DNA of 64,000 nucleotides. Source: an uncultured Solirubrobacterales bacterium. GTDB lineage: Bacteria > Actinomycetota > Thermoleophilia > Solirubrobacterales > 70-9. Every line of letters begins with the position of its first letter. Position 1 is the stretch's first letter. The DNA lies in NCBI GenBank assembly GCA_963736685.1, contig CAVTPZ010000017.1, positions 9,607 through 73,606 of the forward strand. Direction: 5' to 3'. Made by a program: the position numbers and the translations under genes. Below are positions 47,206 to 57,303 of the stretch, in pieces. A model generated the notes under the pieces. The model was not told where the DNA came from and ran no database searches. It saw only the letters and a program-made list of their open reading frames with translations.

Positions 47206-49606
47206 ACTCGTACTCGGCCGGATCAAGGTGCCGCGTACGGCGCCGGTACTCGAGCGTGAAGCCCGGCCAGTTGTTCGAGTTCCTGCCGTTCTCGTCGACG
47301 TACCAGTTGCTGCAGCCGGTCTGCCAGACCGAGGTGGAGAGCCGCTCCTGCATCTCGCGATCGAATGCCTCTGCGACGTCGGGGCGCACGGCCATCCAGC
47401 CACCGCGCCGGCGCAGTCTCTCCACCGCGTCGGCGATGTAGCTCATTTGGCTCTCGAGCTGGAAGACGATCGAACCCGAGCCGAGGTTGGTGTTGGGGCC
47501 GTACATCACGAAGAGGTTCGGGAAGCCGGCGACCGTCATGCCCAGATATGCGCTGGCGCCCTCGCTCCAGACGTCGTTCAGGTCACGGCCGCCGCGCCCG
47601 CGGATTTCCATCGGAGCGAGGAAGCGAGTGCTCTCGAAGCCCGTCGAAAGGACAATCACGTCCGCCGGGCGCTCGGTACCGTCCTCGGCGACGATGCCGT
47701 TCTCGGTCAGCTCCCTCACGCCCTGGGCGATCAGCTCGACGTTGTCCCGGGCGAACGCCGGGTAGTACTCGTCTGAGATCAGGACCCGCTTGCAGCCGAG
47801 CACGTGGTCGGGCGTCAACGCGCCGCGCAGCTCGGGGTCCGCAATCTGGTCGCGCAACTGCCGGTCTGCCATCCTCGTGCCGAGACGGCCCATCGCCCTG
47901 AACTGGTTGAAGGCCGAGACGAAGACCTCGAAGCGCAGCCAGACGAGGAAGCGCTGGGCCAGGCGCAGAGGTGGAAAGCGCCGGAACAGGGTGCGCTCCC
48001 AGCTTCTGAAAGGCCGGTCCTTCTTCGGGATCACGTAGGGCGCCGAGCGCTGATAGACGTCGAGCTGGCCGACCTGCGGCGCGATCGCTGGCACCACCTG
48101 GATGGTGCTCGCGCCGGTTCCGACCACGGCCACTCGCTTGCCCTCCAGGTCGACTTCGTGGTCCCAGCGTGCGGTGTGGAAGATCGGCCCGCGGAACCGT
48201 TCCGCTCCGGGAATCCGCCCCAGCGCCGGGAGGCTGAGCTGACCGCAGGCGGACACCAGGACCTCCGCCTCGATCTCGTCACCCTCGGTCGTCCGGATCC
48301 GCCAGACGCCCGCCTGCTCGTCGAAGTCAGCGCGTTCGACCTCCGTGCTCAGGCGCAGATGGCGCTCGAGGCCGTACTTGGATGCGCAGCGCTCGAGGTA
48401 GTCGAGGATCTCCGGCTGGGGCGAGTACTGCCGGGTCCAGTCCGGGTTCGGCTCGAAGGAGAACGAGTAGAGCAGCGAGGGCACGTCGCAGGTCGCTCCC
48501 GGATAGGTGTTGTGGCGCCACACCCCGCCCACCCCGTCGGCCTTCTCGAAGATCGTCAGCTCTTCGACTCCCGCCTTCTTCAGGGTGATCGCGAGGCCAA
48601 GCCCACCGAAGCCTGCACCGATGATCGCCACCCGCGGCGCCCTCGGAGCCCCGCCGTTGCTCGACCCGATGAACGCGACCGAGGCTCGCTCCGCCAGAGG
48701 CCGCCCTGCCCAGATGTCATCGAGGGCGCGGCCCAGGTCGGCCATCGCCTCGTCAGCCTCGCGCAGGAGCCCTGCAGCAAGCTGGAAGTCGTGCCACATG
48801 CCGTCGAAGCGCGCATACCCGACATCCACCCCGGCGGCGCGGGCGCGCTCGGCGAAGCGGTCCGAATCGTCCAGCAGGAGGTCGTGCGTCCCCACCTGGA
48901 GGTAGGTCGGAGGGAGACCGTCCAGGTCCGCAAACACCGGAGAGAGCTCCGGGTCGGCCGCATCAGAGGTGCCCCGGTAGAGCTCGGCGCCCTGCTCGAT
49001 CAGGTCCCGGCGCAGCCCGAAGTCGCTGCCGGCGTTGGCCGCGACCGACGAGCCCGAATTGGTGAGATCGAGCCAGCCGTTCAGGATCGCGAGGCCTGCG
49101 GGCTGCAGCTCCCCCGCATCGCGCAGACGCGCCGCCAGCGCCACCGCCAGGCCACCGCCGGCGGAGTCTCCGGCGATCACGATCGAGCGGGCATCGAAGC
49201 CGCGCTCGAGCAGCTCGCGATACGCGGCCATGGCGTCCTCGAGCGCCGCCGGGTGGACATGTTCCGGGCCGAGCCGGTAGTCGAGCAGGTGGACGGGCGC
49301 CCCGCCGGCCGTGGCGATCTGAGCGGCGAGCCCGCGGTGGGTGCGGCGTGAGCCGAGCAGATAGCCACCGCCATGGAGGTAGAGCACCGCCCGTCCATCA
49401 TGCGCGTCCGGCGGCACCAGGCGGTCGCAGGGGCGACCCCCGAGCGAGCCGTGTTCGATCGAGACGCCCGCCGGAATCCGCGTGATTGTCGCCGCGACCT
49501 CGGTCCATGCGCGCTGCGCGCCGACCGGGATCCAGGCGCGCTGGATCGAGCGCTGGAGCACCCGCGTCAGTCCCTTGACCGCGGTGGTGGGCAGATACCG
49601 GCTCAC
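47198..49606 (-). CDS. Single ORF fusing a family-IV (HSL-type) esterase to a Baeyer-Villiger/flavin monooxygenase
   Basis: N-terminal half has HGGGY and GDSAGG. C-terminal half has GAGFGG, the BVMO fingerprint FRGPIFHTARWD, and GTGAST. There is no stop or frame change between the halves. I prefer the GTG at 49606, because the longer ORF extension overlaps the divergent gene. Confidence 0.8.
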   Translation of the reverse strand: MSRYLPTTAVKGLTRVLQRSIQRAWIPVGAQRAWTEVAATITRIPAGVSIEHGSLGGRPCDRLVPPDAHDGRAVLYLHGGGYLLGSRRTHRGLAAQIATAGGAPVHLLDYRLGPEHVHPAALEDAMAAYRELLERGFDARSIVIAGDSAGGGLAVALAARLRDAGELQPAGLAILNGWLDLTNSGSSVAANAGSDFGLRRDLIEQGAELYRGTSDAADPELSPVFADLDGLPPTYLQVGTHDLLLDDSDRFAERARAAGVDVGYARFDGMWHDFQLAAGLLREADEAMADLGRALDDIWAGRPLAERASVAFIGSSNGGAPRAPRVAIIGAGFGGLGLAITLKKAGVEELTIFEKADGVGGVWRHNTYPGATCDVPSLLYSFSFEPNPDWTRQYSPQPEILDYLERCASKYGLERHLRLSTEVERADFDEQAGVWRIRTTEGDEIEAEVLVSACGQLSLPALGRIPGAERFRGPIFHTARWDHEVDLEGKRVAVVGTGASTIQVVPAIAPQVGQLDVYQRSAPYVIPKKDRPFRSWERTLFRRFPPLRLAQRFLVWLRFEVFVSAFNQFRAMGRLGTRMADRQLRDQIADPELRGALTPDHVLGCKRVLISDEYYPAFARDNVELIAQGVRELTENGIVAEDGTERPADVIVLSTGFESTRFLAPMEIRGRGGRDLNDVWSEGASAYLGMTVAGFPNLFVMYGPNTNLGSGSIVFQLESQMSYIADAVERLRRRGGWMAVRPDVAEAFDREMQERLSTSVWQTGCSNWYVDENGRNSNNWPGFTLEYRRRTRHLDPAEYEFS

Positions 49607-49631
49607 GAGCCCGGGAGAATAGGGTTCAGCC

Positions 49632-50426
49632 GTGGCCTCCCACGAGACGGTCGACCTGATCACCGACGGCCCGGCGGCCCGCATCGTGCTCAACCGGCCC
49701 GAGGCTCTGAACGCCTGGAATGAGCAGTTTGGCATCGACCTGCTCGACGCCGTGAACACGGTCGGGGGCGACGAGGAGATCCGCGCCGTTCTGATCACCG
49801 GAGCCGGGCGAGGCTTCTCCTCCGGCGCGGACCTGAAGGAGCAGCGTGGGCCCGGCGATGGCGGGCTCCCCGACCTGAGCGCCCGCCTCAAGGAGCGCTA
49901 TCACCCGATCATCATCAGCCTCCGCGAGATGCCCAAGCCCGTGATCTCCGCGGTGAACGGGCCGGCAGTCGGCATCGGCTGCTCGCTGGCGCTCGCGGCC
50001 GACCTGGTCGTCGCCGCGGAGTCCGCCTACTTCCTGCTCGCCTTCGTCAACATCGGCCTGGTGCCTGACGGTGGCTCGACCGCCTTCATCCCTGCCCGGG
50101 TTGGGTACGCCCGAGCCGCGGAGATGGCGATGCTCGGGGAGCGGGTGCCGGCGAAGCAGGCCCTCGACTGGGGGCTGATCAACCGGGTGGTCGGTGACGA
50201 CGAGCTCGAATCGGTCGCCTCTGCCCTGCTCGAGAAGCTCGCCAACGGGCCGACGCTCTCATATGCCGGTGCGAAGCGGCTGCTCAACCGGAGGCTGTAC
50301 GCCGATCTCGCCGGGCAGCTCGACGCCGAGGCGGACGCCCAGAGGGCGCAGGGTCAGAGCAAGGACTTCATCGAGGGCGTGCTGGCCTTCGTCGAGAAGC
50401 GCCCGCCGAACTTCACCGGCACCTAG
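49632..50426 (+). CDS. Enoyl-CoA hydratase/isomerase (crotonase) family
   Basis: Motifs ITGAGRGFSSGADL and NGPAVGIGCSLALAADL. Confidence 0.9.
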   Translation: MASHETVDLITDGPAARIVLNRPEALNAWNEQFGIDLLDAVNTVGGDEEIRAVLITGAGRGFSSGADLKEQRGPGDGGLPDLSARLKERYHPIIISLREMPKPVISAVNGPAVGIGCSLALAADLVVAAESAYFLLAFVNIGLVPDGGSTAFIPARVGYARAAEMAMLGERVPAKQALDWGLINRVVGDDELESVASALLEKLANGPTLSYAGAKRLLNRRLYADLAGQLDAEADAQRAQGQSKDFIEGVLAFVEKRPPNFTGT

Positions 50427-50445
50427 CCGAGCCTAAGCTGACCCG

Positions 50446-51822
50446 GTGCTGTTCCGGCAGATCCTGCATGAGGACCTGAGCTGCGCGTCCTATCTCGTCG
50501 GAGACACCGACACTGGCGTGGCGGCCGTCATCGACCCGCAGTGGTCGATCGAGCCCTACCTGCGGCTGAGCCGGCTCCACGGCGTCCGGATCGAGCATGT
50601 GCTCGAGACCCACAACCACGCCGACCACGTCTCCGGCCATGGACGGCTGGCACGGGCGACCGGAGCGACGATCCACGTCCACGAGCTGGCCGACGCCGAG
50701 TACCCGCACGAGGCGTTCACGGACGGCTGGCGGCTCGACCTCGGCCGCGTCGGGATCGAGGCGGTCCACACTCCCGGGCACCGCCCCGAGCACACCTCAT
50801 TCGTGCTTCGCGATGCCGGCCGCGGCGGCGATCCCTGGGCGGTGCTGACCGGGGACTCGCTGTTCGTCGGCGACGTCGCGCGGCCGGACCTGGCGATCGA
50901 GAAGCGCGAGGGCGCGGCCGGAATCTTCCACTCCCTGCACGACAGGCTGATGGTGCTCCCCGACGACGTCGAGGTCTGGCCGGGGCACCTGGGCGGCTCC
51001 GCCTGCGGCAGCTCCGGCATCGACCACAAGTCGAGCTCCACGATCGGCTTCGAGCGCGAGCACAACCGGGCGCTGCGGTTTGCGACCGAGGGCGAATTCG
51101 TCGAGGACGCCATCGCGACACTGGGTGCGCCACCGCCCAACGTCGAGCAGATCGTCGCGATCAACCAGGGGCCGCTGATCGAGGACATGGGCACGCCGGT
51201 CCCCCTCGCGCCCAGGTCGGTCGAGGTCGGGATCGCCGGGGGCGCACTGCTCGTCGACGCGCGCACCAACGAGCAGTTCGACGAAGCGCACATCCCGGGA
51301 GCGATCAGCGCCTCCGCCTACGAGACCGGCTTCGCGACCAAGGTCGCCAAGGTCGTTCCGCCCGACGCCGAGCTGATCGTCGTCGCGGCCTCCGACGGCT
51401 ACGAGCTCGAGGCCGCCGAGCTGCTCGCCTCCGTCGCCCTTCGGGTGCGCGGTTACCTCGAGGGCGGGATGACCGCCTGGCGCTCCGAGGGCAGGCCGGT
51501 GGGGCGCATCGAGCTGATCGACCCGGAGGAGCTCGCCGGCCGTCTGGAGGAAGACGACCTGATGGTGCTGGACGTCCGCGATGAGGACGAGTACGCCGGC
51601 GGCCACATCCCCGGCTCGGTCAACCTGCCCTACGGCGAGCTGCCCGATCGCCAGGGCGAGCTGCCTCGCGACCGCGTGATCGCGGCGATCTGCAGCGGCG
51701 GCAAGCGCAGCGGCCTAGCCGCCTCGATCCTCCAGCGCGAGGGCTTCGAGCGGGTCCTGCACGTCGCCAACGGCGGCGTCGGCACCTGGGAGCGCGGCGG
51801 GCGCCCCGTTGAGTCCGGCTAG
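50446..51822 (+). CDS. MBL-fold persulfide-dioxygenase-like protein fused to two rhodanese domains
   Basis: Motif HNHADH, then two rhodanese-like modules. The second has the active-site loop CSGGKRS. Confidence 0.85.
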   Translation: MLFRQILHEDLSCASYLVGDTDTGVAAVIDPQWSIEPYLRLSRLHGVRIEHVLETHNHADHVSGHGRLARATGATIHVHELADAEYPHEAFTDGWRLDLGRVGIEAVHTPGHRPEHTSFVLRDAGRGGDPWAVLTGDSLFVGDVARPDLAIEKREGAAGIFHSLHDRLMVLPDDVEVWPGHLGGSACGSSGIDHKSSSTIGFEREHNRALRFATEGEFVEDAIATLGAPPPNVEQIVAINQGPLIEDMGTPVPLAPRSVEVGIAGGALLVDARTNEQFDEAHIPGAISASAYETGFATKVAKVVPPDAELIVVAASDGYELEAAELLASVALRVRGYLEGGMTAWRSEGRPVGRIELIDPEELAGRLEEDDLMVLDVRDEDEYAGGHIPGSVNLPYGELPDRQGELPRDRVIAAICSGGKRSGLAASILQREGFERVLHVANGGVGTWERGGRPVESG

Positions 51823-53252
51823 CCCTTCTTCTTCGCCGACTTGTTTGTGGCGCTGATCGACTTCAGGAACGGAATCAGCTTCTTCAGGAACGCATTCACC
51901 TTCGGATCGGCGGCGCTCGGATCGTTGTGCGCGTAGGTCGCCGAGCGGTCCACCAGCTTCAGGTTCTTGCGCGGGATGCGTGCCTCAGCCGCCAGCGACT
52001 GCGCGGCCGAGATCACCCTCGCTCCACCGAGCGCAGCGGCGAAGGCGTAGATCTTCAGCCGCTTGCGGAGCTTGGTCGCGTCCGTCGAGTGGACGTCGAG
52101 GACCGACTGCGCCGGGTTCGGGAGCCCGTCGCCCACCGCGCCCGAATCGATCGACAGGCGCAACGGGTGGTACCAGGCGGTGCCGTCGAGGTTCTGGAGG
52201 CCCCAGCCCGAGAACATGCTCGCCCAGCGCTGGATCGGCGTGATGTTTCCGGCGCGATCCCAGCCGCGTGGGTCGCCGCTGGCGGCCAGCTGGCCACTGT
52301 GAACCTGGGCCGCGAGCAGCGAGGAGGGCGAGGTCTTGACGTCGGTCGAGTACCCGTAGCCAGCCTCATTGGTGGCATTGACCCCGGCCGGAGGCTGCAG
52401 GTTGGAGGGCAGGAGCGGCCAGCCCTGAAAGACCGAGGTGGTGTTGGGTGACGCCTTCGTGGCCGCTGAGCCGACCATCCCGAACAGGCCCGCGAGCGGC
52501 GCCGGAATGCCGCCGAAGGCGAGCCATGGGGTTGAGGTCTGCAGATTGTTCAGCGAGGTCTGTGCCTGGTCGGCCGTCACGGGGGTCGGGCTGCTGGCGC
52601 CGTCGATCAGGACGAGCCCCGACAGGTCGCGGCCGCCCGGTTGACCGTTGAAGTCCCAGGTCGCATAGGCCGTGGCGATCGATCCGCCGAGCGAATGGCC
52701 ACCCATCGCCACGTTGCGGCCGCCCTTGCCGGCGGCCTTGGCCACGACGCGGAGGTCGTTGATCTCGGTGTTCATCCCCCACTGGCGAGCGAAGGGAACC
52801 GCCGAGTCAGGCACGTTGTGGACGTGGTTCGTGACGCTCGAGTTCGACAGGTATCCCAGGTAGTAGTTGAAGAAGTCGGTGGGGCTGACCTTCCCCTGCT
52901 TGAGGAGGTTGAGCTCGGACTGGTCCTCGAGGTAGTTCTCGCGGCGCTCCACGGACCAGATCTGCCAATTGGGCAGCATCTTGACGATCGACCTGGCGAG
53001 CGGCTCGAAGTAGGCGGCGCTCGCCGAGGTTCCGGGGTTGAGGATGAGGACGTTCTTGGCCTTCGGATCGCCGGTCTTGAGCACGCCGACCACGTTCAGG
53101 TTCGCGGGGGTGCCGGGCGACTGGTAGCCCGCCATCGTCTTGAACTTCACCGGCACCTTCGCGCTCGCCGCCGGCGCCAGCACCGCACACGTCGCGGCGG
53201 CCGCAATCGCAACCAGCGTGACGCGCGCGGACATCCTGTCCCTTCGCCTCAT
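51819..53252 (-). CDS. Secreted alpha/beta hydrolase (lipase/esterase-like)
   Basis: Signal peptide (VTLVAIAAAATCAVLAPAASA) and nucleophile elbow GHSLGG. Confidence 0.75.
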   Translation of the reverse strand: MRRRDRMSARVTLVAIAAAATCAVLAPAASAKVPVKFKTMAGYQSPGTPANLNVVGVLKTGDPKAKNVLILNPGTSASAAYFEPLARSIVKMLPNWQIWSVERRENYLEDQSELNLLKQGKVSPTDFFNYYLGYLSNSSVTNHVHNVPDSAVPFARQWGMNTEINDLRVVAKAAGKGGRNVAMGGHSLGGSIATAYATWDFNGQPGGRDLSGLVLIDGASSPTPVTADQAQTSLNNLQTSTPWLAFGGIPAPLAGLFGMVGSAATKASPNTTSVFQGWPLLPSNLQPPAGVNATNEAGYGYSTDVKTSPSSLLAAQVHSGQLAASGDPRGWDRAGNITPIQRWASMFSGWGLQNLDGTAWYHPLRLSIDSGAVGDGLPNPAQSVLDVHSTDATKLRKRLKIYAFAAALGGARVISAAQSLAAEARIPRKNLKLVDRSATYAHNDPSAADPKVNAFLKKLIPFLKSISATNKSAKKKG

Positions 53253-53381
53253 TGCCCTCTCCTCATTCTCTCGCCTGCCCGATTACTGACACATCGAACA
53301 CGGAATGTATTGATAAGTCTCGCTTCCTCGCGCCTGCCCGGACGCGCAACTTCTCGGTAGCTCGCGGGTTCTGATCGATCC

Positions 53382-54694
53382 ATGAGGCGATTTGCTCTGA
53401 CCATCTCGCTGATCGCCGTCGCGGCGGGGCTGCTCGTCACGGCCTCGAACGCGTTTGCGATCAAGGCGGGCTTCAGCCTCCCGACCAAGCGGCTCGAGGC
53501 GTCCTACAAGGTGGCGCTCTTCGAGCGCCGCTTCAGCGATGACGGCTGCTACCCGCCGCCACCGCAGCTCGCGAAGGCGATCAAGAAGGAGACCAAGCGC
53601 AAGGTCGGCGTGGCCTCCAACACCAAGCACCTGGCCAATGTCAACCAGGTCTACGTGCTGAGGCAGGGCACCGACTGCGACCACCTGCGCATGGCGCTGC
53701 GAGCGGTCGGCGGCGTCTACGTGCTCGACTCGAAGCTGGGCACGGTCCGTCTCCAGGGGCACAAGGGAGCGGCGACTTCCGGGCTGGCGAAGCCGATCAC
53801 CAACTTCACCGTGGCGACCAAGAGCTTCCGGGTCACACAGCCCGACACAGCTCCGCGCCTCCAGACGATCTGTCCCGGCGGCAGGTTCCCGCTCGGCGGC
53901 GGGATGTCGCAGAGCCCGGTCGTCGGCAATGACGGCGAGGGCGTCTATCCGCACTCCTACGAGCGCCTCGGCGCCCAGCGCGGCTGGCACATCAGCGTCG
54001 TCTTCCTCGATCCCAGCCGCTCGAGCACCACCCCGCGCGACGTCACGGTGCAGGCGATCTGCGGGTTCGGCGTGATCCCGGCGACGCCGACTCCCCACGT
54101 CACCGCCTACCTGCGCCCGGGTGAGACCAAGACCGTCACCGCCCGCTGCCCGAGCGGACAGTCCCTGGTCTCCGGCGGCTTCCAGCGCACCGACTTCCGC
54201 TCAGACGGCGGCGACTACGTCACCGAGTCCCACGCCGTCGGCACCAAAGCCTGGGTCGTCAGCGGCCATGCCTACGGGACCGGCTCCGGCGAGCTCACCG
54301 CGATCGCCTACTGCGCCCGGATGAAGAAGCCGATCATCACGGAGGTTGCCTCCTCGCCTGCGCCGGTCGGCGTCCGGCGGGTCCACGACCGCCACCACCC
54401 CGGCCTGCCCGAAGGGCAAGCGGATGGTGACTGGGGGGTTCAGCAGCAACGACTCGACCGATGGGCTCTTCTCCCAGGGCGTCTTCAACCCCGACGGGAC
54501 CTTCTCGGCGACGCTCCTACGGATTCTTCGGCCCTGTGCCGCAGCTGACAGCGTACGGCTACTGCCTGCCGGCGAAGGCGCTAGCTACCTACGCGCCCGA
54601 GGCTGGGCGCCTCGTCCCGTGTCCGAACGGACATCGGGAAGGATCCGGTCGGCCCAGCGCGGCAGGTACCAGGCCCAGGGGCCGAGCAGCCTGA
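53382..54694 (+). pseudogene. Secreted protein with three Cys-bracketed repeats; the third repeat is split over three frames
   Basis: Signal peptide, then repeats starting CPGGRFPLGGG, CPSGQSLVSGG and CPKGKRMVTGG, and ending AICG, AYCA and GYCL. Frame changes lie near 54360-54378 and 54505-54520. The 3' end is uncertain: a TAG at 54582 is reachable only with another shift. Confidence 0.6.
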
Positions 54695-56717
54695 GCAGGA
54701 CCGGCATCAGCAGCAGCCTGATCAGCATCGCGTCGAGCAGCACGGCGATCCCGAGGATCAATCCCATCTCCTTCGGCGGCAGCGGACCGGAGAGCGCGAA
54801 GGTGAAGAAGACCGCCACCATCACAGCGCCGGCGGCGAAGATCACGCGGCCCGAGTGGGCGAGGCCGCCGACCATCGCCTCCTTGGGGTCGTGGGTGCGA
54901 TCCCAGTGCTCCTTGGCGGAGGAGAGCAGGAACACCGTGTAGTCCATCGAGATCGCGAAGATCATCGCGAAGAAGAAGACGGGTCCCCAGGCGTCAAGGA
55001 AGCCCTGCGGCTCGAACCCGAGCAGCGAATGGAGGGCACCGTCCTGGAAGATCCATTTCGCCACGCCGAATGCGGCTCCGGTGGCGAGCAGGTTGGTGAC
55101 CACGCCCGCAGCGGCAATCAGCGGGGCCTGCAGTGCGACCAGCAGAAGGACGAAGCCCAGGGCCAGCACGACGCCGATCACCAGTGGCGTCTTCCCGGTG
55201 AGCGCAGCCGCCAGATCGTGGTTCTCGGCCACCGCGCCGCCGACGATGGTCTCCGCGGGAAGCTTGGTGCGCAGCCGGTCGATCGTTGCGCTCACGGCCG
55301 AGCTCGAGGGATCCTGCCTCGGGATCGCATAGATCAGGTCGAGATCTCCTGACCGCTGTGCGGGCAACACCTGGCCGATGCCAGGATCGCGTCGCGCGAT
55401 CGCAGTTGCTGCACCGGCCTCGGATGCCGGCGCGACGAGCTGAAGCGGCCCGGTAGCCCCGGGGCCGAACGCCGCCTGCACCTGGCCGTAGCCGACGCGA
55501 GAGGAGTCGCCTGGCGGGACGACCTTGATCGAGGGCATCGCCGTATCGAGTGCCAGCACCGGCAGGGTGAGGGCCACCAGGACCGCGACGGCGGGAACGC
55601 CGTAGCGAAGGGGGTGGCGCCAGAGCCTCTCGCCCCAGGCGGCGAAGCGCGGCGAGCGGTGCTCGCCGGAGTGGGCCCACGGCAGCGAGAGCTTGTCGAC
55701 TCGGGGCCCCAGCTTCGCGAGCACCGCGGGCAGCAGGGTCAGTGTCGCGGCGAGCACGAAGACGACGGCCAGCATGATCCCGACGCTGACCGACCGGAAG
55801 GCGGGGCTCGGCACCAGCATCACCGCGCTCAGGGAGATCAGGACGGTCACGGCCGAGAAGACCACGGCCTTGCCGGCCGTGTCCATGGTCTGCGCCACCG
55901 CCTCCTCGGGCGGGAGCCCGGTCCCGAAGAATGCGCCGCGGAAGCGATAGACAACGAACAGCGCGTAGTCGATGCCCAGGGCAAGGGCGAACATCAGCGC
56001 GAAGTTCATGGCCCAGATCGAGATCGGCAGGACCTGCGCGCCGAGGTAGAGGGAACCGGCCGCGGCGACCAGGCCGACGAGGGTCAGCATCAGCGGGAGG
56101 CCGGCGGCGACCAGTGAGCCGAAAGCGATCAACATGATCGCCAGGGTCACGGGCCAGGAGATCACCTCCGAGCGCAGCATCGCGCTCTTGTTGGCCGCGT
56201 TGAAGTCCGACCACATCCCCGAGGCACCGGTCAGGTGGACCTGCGTACCGTCGGCGCCCAACGACGAGAGCGGACCCTTGAGGTCCTCCGCCGCGGCGAC
56301 CATGGCATTCGCGTCCTTCGCGGCGCCGGCCTGCACGATCGCGGTGTGCCCGTCGGGCGAGATCGAAACGCCCGGCTGCGGACCGACCACGGATCGCACG
56401 GCGGAGTCCGAGCGCAGCTTCCGCTCGACGGCCGCCACGGTCGAATCGAAGTTCCCGTCACCGCTGGATGACGTCGAAGAGTGAACGACGACCATTAGGC
56501 CGTAGCTGGAGAGCCCCTGGAAGTTGCGGTCGATCAGCTTCCGCGCCTGGACCGACTCGGAGCCCGTGGCCTCCCAGCCCGCGCCGGAGAGAGCCTGCTC
56601 GACCCGTGGCGCAAGAAACCCGAGTCCGAGGGCGATGACGGCCCAGCCGATCACCACTGCCCGGAAGTGGGTCGCCGTGTAGCGCCCCAGCCTTCCGATT
56701 GGACCGACCTTGGTCAT
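54585..56717 (-). CDS. MMPL-family (RND superfamily) membrane transporter
   Basis: I prefer the ATG at 56717 (MTKVGPIG). It has 12 TM segments with two large extracytoplasmic loops and typical MMPL blocks. Confidence 0.88.
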   Translation of the reverse strand: MTKVGPIGRLGRYTATHFRAVVIGWAVIALGLGFLAPRVEQALSGAGWEATGSESVQARKLIDRNFQGLSSYGLMVVVHSSTSSSGDGNFDSTVAAVERKLRSDSAVRSVVGPQPGVSISPDGHTAIVQAGAAKDANAMVAAAEDLKGPLSSLGADGTQVHLTGASGMWSDFNAANKSAMLRSEVISWPVTLAIMLIAFGSLVAAGLPLMLTLVGLVAAAGSLYLGAQVLPISIWAMNFALMFALALGIDYALFVVYRFRGAFFGTGLPPEEAVAQTMDTAGKAVVFSAVTVLISLSAVMLVPSPAFRSVSVGIMLAVVFVLAATLTLLPAVLAKLGPRVDKLSLPWAHSGEHRSPRFAAWGERLWRHPLRYGVPAVAVLVALTLPVLALDTAMPSIKVVPPGDSSRVGYGQVQAAFGPGATGPLQLVAPASEAGAATAIARRDPGIGQVLPAQRSGDLDLIYAIPRQDPSSSAVSATIDRLRTKLPAETIVGGAVAENHDLAAALTGKTPLVIGVVLALGFVLLLVALQAPLIAAAGVVTNLLATGAAFGVAKWIFQDGALHSLLGFEPQGFLDAWGPVFFFAMIFAISMDYTVFLLSSAKEHWDRTHDPKEAMVGGLAHSGRVIFAAGAVMVAVFFTFALSGPLPPKEMGLILGIAVLLDAMLIRLLLMPVLLRLLGPWAWYLPRWADRILPDVRSDTGRGAQPRARR

Positions 56718-56941
56718 CTGGTCTCCGGATAGACGACCGAGTCGAGATGCAGAGCATGCCTCAAGACATAGGAGGCCGGACAGACGCCCGCGAGGACGTA
56801 GAGCCAGAGGTTCACGCCGACGAATGCGGTCAGCACCAAGAACCAGGGGGAGATCAACGCGACCAGGGCGACACTGATCAGGACGACCGTACCGGCGAGG
56901 GCGAAGAGGACCCGCTCGAGCGGCCACCGGGAGCGAGACAT
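56714..56941 (-). CDS. DUF2892 (YgaP-like) small membrane protein
   Basis: 75 aa, with ERVLFALAG and a two-TM pattern. It overlaps the MMPL start. Confidence 0.7.
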   Translation of the reverse strand: MSRSRWPLERVLFALAGTVVLISVALVALISPWFLVLTAFVGVNLWLYVLAGVCPASYVLRHALHLDSVVYPETR

Positions 56942-57292
56942 CTACGGGCTCCCTTCCAGCAGGGTGTCGAGCCGGTCGATTTCGTCGCGCATGCCATCGC
57001 AGACGTCGTCACAGAGCGACCAGACGACGGGGTCGGCGATCGAGTACAGGGAGAAGTTGCCCTGCTTGCGGCGCTCGACGATCCGGGCGCGGAGCAGCAC
57101 TCCGAGATGCTGAGAAACGTTCTGCTGCGAGGCGCCCGTGAGCTCCTGCAGGTCCTTCACGCTCTTCTCGCCCTCGCGCATGGCCTCCAGCAGACGAATG
57201 CGCATCGGCTCTGCAAGCACGCGAAAGCGCTCGGCGATCCGTTCGACCAGCAATGCGGGCAGCGGATGTGGAAGCTCGGTCTTGGTTGCCAT
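56942..57292 (-). CDS. ArsR/SmtB-family transcriptional regulator
   Basis: ATG at 57292. The HTH is SVKDLQELTGASQQNVSQHLGVL. The only cysteines are a C-terminal CDDVC pair. Confidence 0.88.
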   Translation of the reverse strand: MATKTELPHPLPALLVERIAERFRVLAEPMRIRLLEAMREGEKSVKDLQELTGASQQNVSQHLGVLLRARIVERRKQGNFSLYSIADPVVWSLCDDVCDGMRDEIDRLDTLLEGSP

Positions 57293-57303
57293 GGCGGGCA
57301 GGT

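Noticed and set aside
47198-49891. The full 897-aa version of the esterase-BVMO ORF.
   Set aside because: The first ~95 codons are low-complexity and overlap the divergent enoyl-CoA hydratase gene on the other strand. An in-frame GTG at 49606 precedes the recognisable esterase sequence.
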